From: Octopus bimaculoides
Lineage: Eukaryota
Direction of reading: 5' to 3'
Assembly (NCBI RefSeq): GCF_001194135.2
Contig: NC_068985.1
Location: 31,734,348 to 31,798,347 of the forward strand
Length of the DNA: 64,000 nt
Each line of letters starts with the position of its first letter. Position 1 is the stretch's first letter. Positions 49,121-61,600 of the stretch are shown in pieces. Under the pieces are notes generated by a model. That model was given only the letters and a program-made list of their open reading frames with translations, was not told where the DNA came from and made no database searches. Made by a program: the position numbers and the translations under genes.

Positions 49121-52100
49121 CTGTAGGAAAGAAAAAAAAAATTATAGCCAATTTAAGTTTAAGGCACAAATGAAGCACAAATGATTTTTAAAAAACTATT
49201 TAAGGATATTGCTGATCTATGTAAAAGGATAAATATCAATACAGAGAATGACAATGTGGTTAAGTGTGTGTGTGTGTGTTTACATATTCTCTCTGAATAT
49301 TAAATACCGTGAGCTACAAGAAGTGACGTTGTTGCCATTTTCCATGTTGATAAATTATTTGCTGCCTTTGTGCCTGCAAAGATGTGTGAAATAAGGCATC
49401 CTTACTTGAGAAACTGGTAAGGATTAGCAACAGGAAGGGTATGTGGCTGTAAAACTATGTGCTTCAATAATACATTCATCTAAACCATGCTTGCATGGAA
49501 AAATTGTAAATAATTTTGTACCAGTGGTACACTTAGAGAGAGAAAGAAAAGTGACACAAGATCACTCAGCAGCTCTGAAGAGCAGAGACTGATGGAGTAG
49601 TAGTAAAAAGAAAGAATGAGAAGACAGCACATATAGGGATTAGAGGTTAGATTATGTTGGTGAGTGACATCATGCCAATCAGCAGTGAGGCCTGAAGTTG
49701 ATGAAACTCAACTAGGTTAAAATCACAACCCTTCAGACATTATACTAACATGATCCTTCTAATTACACACAATCTCAAAACTGTTTTAGATTAAGATTAT
49801 AATTATTGTGATATTTTTTTATATTCAAGTTATAGTGATTAAATACAAATTCTGTAAAAAAAAATATATATTGGGTTGTCCGGAAAGTTTGTGCCGATTT
49901 TTAAAGGAAAGAAAAAGGTCAATAAATACTTGTCATTACATTTTTAATCAACCAAATATGAACCATTTTGTTGCACAATGCATCTCCATCTTTCCTCTAA
50001 CTTGAAAATACCCTCTTCCCAGAATTGAGGTGGTTTCATGGCAAAGAATTCATCAAGGTATCTTTTTACATCATCCAAGGAATTGAAATTTTTACCATTA
50101 AGACTATTCTGCAGAGACCTGAATAAGTGGAAATCCAAAGGAGCAATATCTGGTGAATATGGAGGGTGGAGTAACACATCCCAGCCGAGCTGCAGCAATT
50201 TTTGTCTGGTTCCCAAAGAAATNNNNNNNNNNNNNNNNNNNNNNNNNNNNNNNNNNNNNNNNNNNNNNNNNNNNNNNNNNNNNNNNNNNNNNNNNNNNNN
50301 NNNNNNNNNNNNNNNNNNNNNNNNNNNNNNNNNNNNNNNNNNNNNNNNNNNNNNNNNNNNNNNNNNNNNNNNNNNNNNNNNNNNNNNNNNNNNNNNNNNN
50401 NNNNNNNNNNNNNNNNNNNNNNNNNNNNNNNNNNNNNNNNNAAAAAAGGTGCCTTTTCATTCCGTTTATAAAGTGAATCACAGATGGAAATGCGATCCAA
50501 AAGGTTCTTCTCACTCAACTCATGTGGTACCCAAACATCGTAGCGATTTGTGTACCCAAGTTTTACCAGGTGCTCATGAACAACGGATTTTGATAGGTTG
50601 AGGCTTTCTGCCAATTCTCTGGTTGTGCAATGTGGGTTATTCTCAATTAATGACTTGATTTGGTCATCATCTGTAATGGGTGGTTTGCCTGACTGCGCTT
50701 TATCAATAAGGCTACAATCTCCAGCTCGGAACCTTGCAAACCACTTCCATACAGTTTTTTCAGATAAAGAAACATCACCGTAAACTGCGCATATTTCTTT
50801 GGTTGCTTGTGAGACTTTTTTCACTTTATGGAAAAAGAAAAGCATCAAGTGCTGAAAATGAACTTTCTAGTCTTCCATTTTAAAGGGTTACAGAATTAAC
50901 ACAGGTTATAGGAACATAAACCTTCTTCCACGAAAAGATAGCTTAAACTGTGTTCCAAATGGAGGTGTAGACAAATCCTATTTTATGGACTCAACCATGT
51001 TCTAAAATAAGTCGAAAGGTAAGCTACTATAAATCGGCACGAACTTTCCGGACAACTCAATACTTTACATAACATTCAATGTTTTCTGTCCTAAAACCAA
51101 AATTGTGAATCTACTGAAAGATACATTTTTTAATGTTTTTCTTGAGCCCTAAGACTCAAAAGACCAGTCACTCAGTTCCCATGGCATACAAGTGTCTGAG
51201 ATCACAACATCCCCCTTCAACAGGATGTCACTCCATTGCAGGGTTCAAGGCCAGCAATTTTAAGGGAAGGGAACAAGTCAGTTACATCAGCCCAGTACCT
51301 GACAGGTATTTTATTTTATTGACACTGAAGGAATGAAAGGCAAAATTGACTTCAGCAAGATTTGAGCTCAGAACATAAAGAGCCAGAAGAAATGCTATAT
51401 AAATATTTTGTTCAACATGCTTACAATTCTGCCAGCTGCCAGATATATTAATGAAATATTTTTCTTCAAATCTTAGATTTCTAGATGCCCTAAATACAAA
51501 AGAAAAATTAACTCTACAGCCTTCAACTTCAAATAAATAGTTTTACAAACTTATTCTGTTTTTACATTTCCTGTGAGCCAAACTTGAGTCAGGTCTATTT
51601 CAAACCCCAACAGTCCCATTCTTCGTTTGATGTAGTTATATATATATCATTCAGAATATGTCAGTTCTTATATTATTCTGTAACATTTAACAATTATTTT
51701 AGCTCACCTGGATATAACTATTGCCTGCAGGATCATCAAGGATCAAATGGACATTAAGCTTTTCTCCTGATATAATCTGTAGAAAAGGAAAAATTTATAA
51801 GTTTCCAACTATCAGATCATTAAGAATGAAATGTCCAATTTTCTTATGCACCAAGTTTGACAGTCGTTAACTCTAATGTTTAATCCTGACAATTCTTTGT
51901 TTTACAAAACTCATTGAAGAGTTACATCACTTTACAAAATGCAATTCATTGTGTCTGATTATATTGAGTTTTCTCTTGTTAGTCAATTTTTGTGATCCCA
52001 TAGATAGATCAAAAATTCGTGTTGTTTATGAATTTGAGTCCCATCATGGAACCAATGCATTCCAGACAGCTTGAAACATCAGTGAGGTGTTTGGTGAAGA

Positions 52101-55100
52101 TGTGGCAAATGAGCGCACTGAACATTGATGGTTTGAGAAGCTCTAGTCTGGTGACTTTACTCTTGAAAATCAGTCCCATGGTAGACTTGAGACCAAGGTG
52201 GATAATGATGAGCTGGAAACTGTAGTGAGTTAGCAGCAAGGTTTGATGTTTTGATTCCAACTGTATTGGACCATCTGAAACAAATCAGCAAGGTAAAGAA
52301 GCTGGACAAGTGGATACCACACAAACTGAACAAGCATCAAATGACACATTGTCTTGAAACTTGCTATTCTTTGCTGTTATGGCATAAAAGCAAACCATTT
52401 TTGCATCATATTGTTATGTATAATGAAAAATAGATTCTTAGCAAGCATTCTGCACAGTGGTTTGATAGAGATGGAGTGCCAAAACACAATCTAAAAAAGA
52501 ATATTCATCAAAAAAAGTTAATACTGTCTCTTTGGTGGTCCAGCACTGGTGTCATCCACTACAGCTTCATGACAATTGGTAAGTCAATTACAATAGATGT
52601 ATACATCAACCAATTGGATGAAATTTTGAGAGAACTTGCAATTAAACAACCGAGATTGGTCAATACAGACAGACCAATACTCTTGCAAGACAATGCTCAA
52701 TCACATGTTGCACAAAGAATGCTATTCAAGTTACAGGAATTGAACTTGGAAGTACTCTGTCATCTAACATATTCACCAGACCTTGCACCAACTGACTATC
52801 ATGTTTTCCAGGCATTAGACAACTTTTTGCAAGAAAAAAAATTCAAATCTAAAGATGCAAAAACAGCCTTTCATGATTTCATCACTGCTTTCTCACTAGA
52901 ATCCTTTACTGTTGGCATAAATAAGCTACCGATAAAATGGCAAAATTGTGTTGATAATTTAGGTACATACTTCNNNNNNNNNNNNNNNNNNNNNNNNNNN
53001 NNNNNNNNNNNNNNNNNNNNNNNNNNNNNNNNNNNNNNNNNNNNNNNNNNNNNNNNNNNNNNNNNNNNNNNNNNNNNNNNNNNNNNNNNNNNAACTACAT
53101 TGCTTTTTACTGATAAAGTAAAATTTTGAACTTACAGTTCAAAATTGGACATTTCATTCTTAATGACTTGATAATATACATCAAATATCATAGAACAAAT
53201 CAAGGGAAATATTTTACATATGAATTATTAAAATTTTTTTTCTTGTCACAAATAAATTACTTTTACTTCAATATGATACAATATAAAACTAGAGTTTTTT
53301 TCTCTGGACTATAGCTAGATGTTAATTTTAATTTTCATTAAAATTTTTTTTAAACTGTTTTTATATTTTAGCTTACTAACAAAAAATTGAATGAAAAGTC
53401 AATAAAAAGTACTTTTTAATTATTTTATGGTTCAAGAAAATACAATATTTCTCATCTATGAAATTTACCCAAAATGAAACCATCAAAATTTCATTTTACT
53501 CTAAAGACGAAACCCTTAAATTGCTTACAAAACTGCGCAACAGCTGCACAGGCAATAATCACCACACCTAGAGAAAAATCATCCATCTTCACCAATTGGG
53601 AAGCACTCATACACCTGTGTAATGTCTGCAACGTAATTATCAGGAAATAAAGGCCTACAAGTTCTCTCTCTCTCTCTCTTTCCAAATTAAACCCAAATAT
53701 TTTAAGTAACTGGCAAGAGGATCTGTATCAAGCTAGAAAATGTCTTATATCCCTTTCCTCAAGACTTCTTAACTAAAATGACTCAATAAGTAACACAACT
53801 GTAAATAAAGGCAACCACCTATCCTGGTTATATTTTGCTTCTATTTCAACACTGCAGACACAATAAAATTCTACCTTAACTCTTTTTTCCAGCCATTTCC
53901 CCTGTCCCATGTGCCTCACCTCTAAGTGCACAAAGCTGCCAAGTACAAACACTTTTCTAGTCACTCCAATCTAAGTAGTCCAGATAGCATTCAATCCATT
54001 CCCATCAAGCAAACAGTGCACACTTGATCTAGGTCCTATCTTCTCCAAGAAAGGCAATTTCTTTGAGTCGGTCAACTAAGGTGACCTTTAACTTTGTACA
54101 ATGATGCAAACAACTGATGTTGTGAACTGACTGGGACTATCTAAACCGAGCTTCTATCACTAGAACTTAAAAGCAGATTAGACAATGAAAAAAAAACTAG
54201 ACACCCAAACTGCCACACTGTACCCTATATAATAAACTACTGGATGTTAGAGCAAACAGTATGGTTCACTTTGAAAAATCATATCTAAAACAATAAATCT
54301 GTGGTTTGGACCTACTCATTCAATTAATAACCCATGTGCACTCTAAAAGATATGACAACTTAATCTCTTTAACAGCACCAAAACACAGTGACTGTGCATA
54401 GCAAGAAAACAATCTCACAATACTACATGCTCCTATTCATGAACCACAATACACAGTTCACACTATCAAAGACTGGTATTGATGTAATTTACAATAAAAG
54501 GCAATGCCCCAGTTTCATGACTAAAACTAATAAAAGAATAAAAGTATCATAAGCATTAATTTAATAGCAAAGAATAACAAGTATTAGCTTTCAATTTTTA
54601 TTTACTTAAAGCAAATAGTAAAACAGTCATAAAATGTTCACCATTACAAACTGCTTCTGTCTTACTTTAAAGCTAGAAACAGTTTTACTTCAAAGTTACC
54701 AGCTGTCTAGAGATAGAGACATTTCATACAATTTAACAGGAACCTAAGTTTTTTAATATGTCTTACTGAACAGAAACTTTTCATTAATGGAACATTCACA
54801 AAAATATAGGTAAATTATTAAAAATTAAAAACTTACCTCGGAAATGTTATTACTGAATTCATTCAGTTTTGCTTTTGTATCTTCCTGAGCAGAGTCACCA
54901 AAGCAAAAGGGATTGTTCTTTGACAGCTTCAGAATAAAAGAGAAATATTCATGAATTTATGTTTAAGTGGATAACTGCATACAATTACAAATGTGTGTGA
55001 GTGTGTACATTAATAAAATACAGAAAAGTTATTTGCTTTATGTATTTTGTCAAATTAACTGCCAGGATTACATAATTGTTTGTTCAAAATTATATAATCC

Positions 55101-55306
55101 CATCAAATCACCAACTCAGTGTTTAGCAAAAAATACAAAAAGTGGTGTTAAGTGCTTTATATATATANNNNNNNNNNNNNNNNNNNNNNNNNNNNNNNNN
55201 NNNNNNNNNNNNNNNNNNNNNNNNNNNNNNNNNNNNNNNNNNNNNNNNNNNNNNNNNNNNATGCAAATTATCAACAACATCAATAGAGTGGTGAAACTGA
55301 AGGCAT

Positions 55307-55365
<59 letters not shown>

Positions 55366-55596
55366 TCTTTTATCTTTTTCAGTCATTAGATTGTGGCTAT
55401 ACTGGGGCACAGCCTTGAAGAATTTTTAGTTGAACGAATGAATCAACCTAAGTACTTATATTTTTTTTAAAGCTTGGTATTTATTCTATTGGTCGCTTTT
55501 GCTAAACCACTAAGTTATGGAGATATAAACACACTAACACTTGTTGTCAAGCAGTAGTGGAGGACAAAGACATACACACATATAAACATATGTAAA

Positions 55597-55627
<31 letters not shown>

Positions 55628-58600
55628 GACAGGCTTCTTTCAGTTTCCATTTACCAAATCCACTCACAAGGAGAGTAGAGGACAGTTACCCAAGGTGCTA
55701 CACAGTGAGACTGAACTTGGAACCATGTGTTTGAGAAGAAAGCTTCTTACCTCATAGCCATACCTCTGCCTATATATGTATGTGTGTGTGTGTGCGTGTG
55801 TGTAAATATATATACGTACTCACACACACATATACCGTCATCATCATTTGTGTTCCAGTTTTGGCATCACACAATAGTTGTAAATGAGCATCACCATTAT
55901 ACAAGCAATACCATTTATTTCCAGTCTTCTGTGAAACCACATCTCATCACGAGAAAATATATATTACCTTGCTTGGAAACAGATGGAGTTTTACAATAGA
56001 TAAGGCAACTTAGCCTTACCTGATGGCCTTATCACAGAAAATTTGCGTCAATGAATTCTGTCTAACCCATGTTAGCTTTGTGAAAAGTAATGAGGTTTTG
56101 GCAAATTCTTCTCATAAAAACTGCTTGGTTAGTGATATACATGATTACAAGAAAATCCATAAAAAAAAATTTAGATAAGAATTAAGTTAGTTTTGTTTTC
56201 TTTCTTTCTTTAAATATTCTAATATTTCCTGAAGAAAATTATGCTTATGTCCATCTAGTATAATCCACCGTAAGAAAGGTTTAAGTTTTAAAACATCACC
56301 TTTGTACAGTACTTACATTGGCTGACATTTGATTTAGTGGTAAAAAAAAAAAAAATTTAAAAAAAAAACACTATAGGCACAGAAGTGGCTGTGTGGTAAG
56401 TAGCTTGCTTACCAACCACATGGTTCCGGGTTCATTCCCACTGCGTGGCACCTTGGGCAAGTGTCTTCTACTATAGCCTCGCGCCGACCAAAGCCTTGTG
56501 AGTGGATTTGGTAGACGGAAACTGAAAGAAGCCCATCGTATATATGTATATATATANNNNNNNNNNNNNNNNNNNNNNNNNNNNNNNNNNNNNNNNNNNN
56601 NNNNNNNNNNNNNNNNNNNNNNNNNNTGTGTGTGTGTGTGTGTATGTTTGTGTCTGTGTTTGTCCCACTAGCATCGCTTGACAACCGATGGTGGTGTGTT
56701 TACGTCCCCGTAACTTAGCGGTTCGGCAAAAGAGATTGATAGAATAAGTACTAGGCTTCCAAAGAATAAGTCTGGGGTTGATTTGCTCGACTAAAAGGCA
56801 GTGCTCCAGCTTGGCCACAGTCAAATGACTGAAACAAGTAAAAGAGTATAAAAGAGTATACTTTCATTTCTTTCATTGTAAATCATTTTTCAGCCTACAT
56901 TTGGTAAAAGTAAAACAAAATTCCTTGACTTACTGAGTCCTTTATATCAGTAAGTAAACCTTCAACTGTTGTAAACTTTCCTCCTAAAGAACCAATCGTA
57001 GCTTCAAGGTCAAGTTCTGGAATAGAAATGCTGCTGGTTTCACTCTGTAATAGACAAAAGCAATTCATCATTAGTTAAAGATGCAATAATTGGCAAACAT
57101 ATTTTGAATTATCATCAAGTAAAACAATTTTATATATTTGAAAACATGTCATAACTCATTTACGTGATTAAATATTTCAATAAACTAGGATAGCTATATT
57201 AAAAGTGATGTCAGAAAATAGTTATCTAAAGAGGAAATTTCTAAATTCAGTTTCATACAAAATGTTACAACCAACGTTTTCAGAGTGTTAAAATAAAATT
57301 AAAAAACTGATAAAGATTAATTTCAATCAATGAATGAGAATAAATTCTCAAAATTACATTAAGAAAACTAAAGAAGTAATTAAAAAACAAAGAAAATGTG
57401 TACCTTCAAGACATCTCGAGACAGATCAGAAATTGTTCGTATTCTCAAATCCAAGTGTTTCCCTTTTGGTTCTATGGCACCACTACTTTTAACTTCATTA
57501 TCACGATGGCCACATTGATCACAAGTTGTAGCCATTATAACAACTTCCTTAAAGTGAGGAATATCTAGCAGAGTTAAGGTGATGGCATTAACAAATAGCA
57601 GTTATTTATTTCAGAGAAAGATTTTTAATTTGTAAAAGTTGTAATAGCTTCTTCAACACTATCAACATGTGAGTTTCTATATATGTGTGTATATATGTAT
57701 ATGTGTGCATAATTTATATTGACAGATTACAAAACTATTTTTATCAATAATCCTCTTAACTATCATTCCAAAAGAAAGTTGTAAGGCTCAGAAAAAATGT
57801 TTTGCTCTTTAGCTGTTGCTTCTATTAATGCCATATTTGTTTTACTTTTTCCTCTTTCCTTTACTTTTTCACTTTTCTCTATAATATTTTGCAATGTTTA
57901 GAAAAAATTATTACTTTATGCATTAGCCTTTATTCTAAAATGCAACTCATCACCAGAATAAAACACAATATTTATTTAGTAAAATATATCTTACTTAATA
58001 AACTTTAGCTATTTAGCAAATGTAGAAAAGGAAATATTTAATTAAATTTTATTAAAATAAAAGGATACTGATTAATTTCATGTTAGTAGAACACAATGCA
58101 TTGCAGTTAGGACAATTTATGTCAAAGGATAACACCTGCAATAAAAGAAATATAACAGAATATATCAATTTATGTCAAGCCAGTCACAAGCTTCGTTTCC
58201 AAATATCATCACAAGAAAATACTTCAAAATACAAACATTTCTTACAAATAATAATTTTCAAACAACATTTTAGACAATAAATATTTAGTAGAAACATCTG
58301 TTGCTCTACTCTCACACCCTAATGAACTTATCACCCACCCATCCTAATCTTCTGTCCATACTTTCTCATACTCACTTTCTTGTAAATTATAATTGTGGGT
58401 AGGAAGAATTGGCCATATCATTTAATATGAGGTTTCTGGTGTAAGCCACAGTAAGAATGACAAGAAAAGAACAGGTTGATGCATTTAAGTAGGTGTGGGC
58501 AAGAGTAATACACAACTTGATAGCTCAGAAGAGTAGGAACTGTCACAATAACAGAAGAAAGAAAGAAAAGAGATGGTATGTTGGAAAGATGATTGGGCTT

Positions 58601-61600
58601 CCAATTTTTTTTAAATTGGTGAATTCTTTTATATATTTTAGATGCTATTAAATGAGACAAGTTCATCATGCTTCCTTTGACATAACAACCTTTGAAGTTC
58701 ATTGCTCATAGAAGTGGGGCTGACGTGGATGGAGCTAACAAAGTTAAATGTGGATGATGTTTGTATAGACAAGGTTATGGAGAAGTGAAGGGTGGAATTG
58801 TGGCATCATTTGCACAGAAATATGTTTAATTAGAAGTGACAATATTCTTTGTAATTTTGGCACAAGGCCAGCAACTTTGAGGGAAGAGGGAAAGTCAATT
58901 ACATCAACCCCAAATGGATGAAAGGCAAAGTTGACTTTGGTCGGATTTGAACTCAGAACCTAAAAAATTGGAAGAAATGCTACTAAGTATTGTGTCTGTC
59001 ACATTAATGATTTTGCCAGTTTGCCACCAACAATGTGGAACCCTAAAGTATGCCAGCATTCAAAGATTGTGACTTGGACAGCTTCTAGTCAATACACTCT
59101 CTGCTGGGAAAATTTAGAAATGAAAAATTGATGGAACCCAAAGGCAGAAAAATCTCATACTAAATATGGTCAATACTAAATGTGTTCATTTGATATCAAG
59201 ATAATTAATATTTTTTTTTTTTGTCAAAGTTCTCAAGAGATAACAACCACAAAGGTTAAGCATTCAAAATCAAACACTGAAGGAATTGGCAAGGCAGAAG
59301 CTGTAGGTGGTCACTAAAAAGGGAAAGACATTTAAAATAATAAAGTAGGTAAATTTAACATAATCAGGAGATGAAACTTTCACCAAAAATAGCTGCAAGT
59401 GGTAGATTTTAAATAACAAACGACACCTCCTTTCAGAAGAAAATTTGGAACTGATGTAGCCTGGATAGGAAAAGATAGGAGCTGGATGTTATATGTTTCA
59501 GAGAAAAATTGTATGTATGTGATTTGCATATTAATAGGAGGTAGTTTGCAGGGTCAAGGATGAAGGAAATTTCCTGAACACTGGTGTAAACACACACACA
59601 CACATTTAGGATCTTTGCATAAGAAATTTTATATAAAGTGTGTTGAAATTTAATTTTGTAATGAATTATTTCTATATACCTCATCTTTAAGGTTCAAAGT
59701 ACTGTCAGCAGGAATTCCAGCACTTGCAACAACACTCCGATCATCTTCTTCAGGCTATAAATTATATGTAATACAAAGAAACAGAAATATTACAATGATA
59801 TACAATAAAAAATTAGAGAGAAAAGTGTATCAAATAAAAGGAAACAACAACAATATCACCAATAATAATTTCTCAAACAAAAGTTTCCATATACTCAAGA
59901 AAGTATTTCCTCTAAATCATAAGACAATGAAAAGAGGTTATATTTTCTTTAAAATACACTGAAACCCTTACTGCAGCCATTGTGTCTCATGTCTCCCACC
60001 CTGCTATAAACCTGAAGAAATTCAAGCTGAATGTAAACTTACTTGACCTTAATAGTATAAATAAGCCTGCAAAAAAGGCTTGGTCACTCCTCCTTGCAGG
60101 AAAATGTAAAGAAAAGGCTGACCAGCACAACTGAGCAATAAGTACATTGTAATATCAGTAACAAGGTTCTGAACAACTTAAGCATAACAAAAGGATCCAA
60201 AGTGTGTGGTAAGAGGTTTATTTCCCAACCACATGGTTTCAGGTTCAGTCCCACTGCATGGCACCTTGGGTGTTTTCTACTATAGCCTGGGTCAACCAAA
60301 GCTTTGTGAGTGGATTTGGTAGTCAGATACAGAAATAGCCCATCACTTGAGTGTGTGTGTTTGCAAGTGTGAATGTGTGTATTTGTATCTCCTTGTCTTA
60401 ATATTGTGTGACAGTTGTAAAGTGTTACTATCACACCAGCAATGTCATCATTTTGCAATATTCTGTGCAAACATGTCTAGCCTTAAGGTAAATAATCTTG
60501 GAAACAGGTGAGAGTTGGCAGCAGGAAGGGTATCCAGCCATAGAAAGTCTGCCTCAATAAGCTCCATTCAACCCACACAAGCATGGAAAAGTGGGCATTA
60601 TGATGATGATGATGATTATGAATATAAATATCAGTGGAAATAAAAATTACTCACTGGTATGCCAAGTGATACATTCTGTTCAGCAGACCTTTTAAAGTTG
60701 TGCACAACCATTTCTGTATCTTTGTTTGGAGCATGAGTGGAAAAGTAGATTAAGGATCAATAAATGGAATGAAGAGAGATTTGCTTTTCATAAATACTGT
60801 ACACTGTGAAAAATGTGCCATATGTATTTGAGTATATTTAATACATACTACAAAGGAAATGAGCATTAAGATGATAAAATGTTGTTTGTTTATTATACTA
60901 ATCACAAAAGTGTAAAATGAACAATAGTTATTTTTTTATCCTTTCAAGAATATGACTTTCATTTCTATCTACCCAAAGTTAACAAAATTTGTACTTAGCA
61001 CCTATGAACCATGACTAGAAGAGCCTCTACAATTAGAATTAGCAATCCCATCCTACTCTTCTAAAAAATAGAAAAAAAAAGAGGACACATTGAATAATGT
61101 AATCCTAAATACACTATGCTTGAATAAAGATTCCAGGTTCTGAGTTCAAAGTTCTTCATGCCTGATGTCTGTTCATTCATGTGGACAATTAGTGCAGCAA
61201 TATATCAGACTATCCTCAGACAAGAGACATGGTCCAAATGCTTGCAATATAGTGGATTTGACTAAAAGCCAGCCGCTGGCATTGAAACAGGTGACATATT
61301 AAGTCTACCACACAAAGGACGAAGCAATTAGGGTTTTATAGCATTTTGATCACTCCTGATGTAACTGTCACAAAGCTCATCATCATCATTTACCATCCAT
61401 TTACTATGCTGGCATGGGTTAGACAGTTTGACTGGAACTGGTAAGCTAGGTTTCTACAGATGGATGCCCTTCCTAACACCAACCACTCCAAGGGTGTAGT
61501 GAGTGCCTTTTTTATATGTCACTGGCTCTGTCCACGACTACGATATCACTGGGCTTGACAGTCTTCTCAAGCACAGGAAATCGCCAGAGGTCTCAATCAT

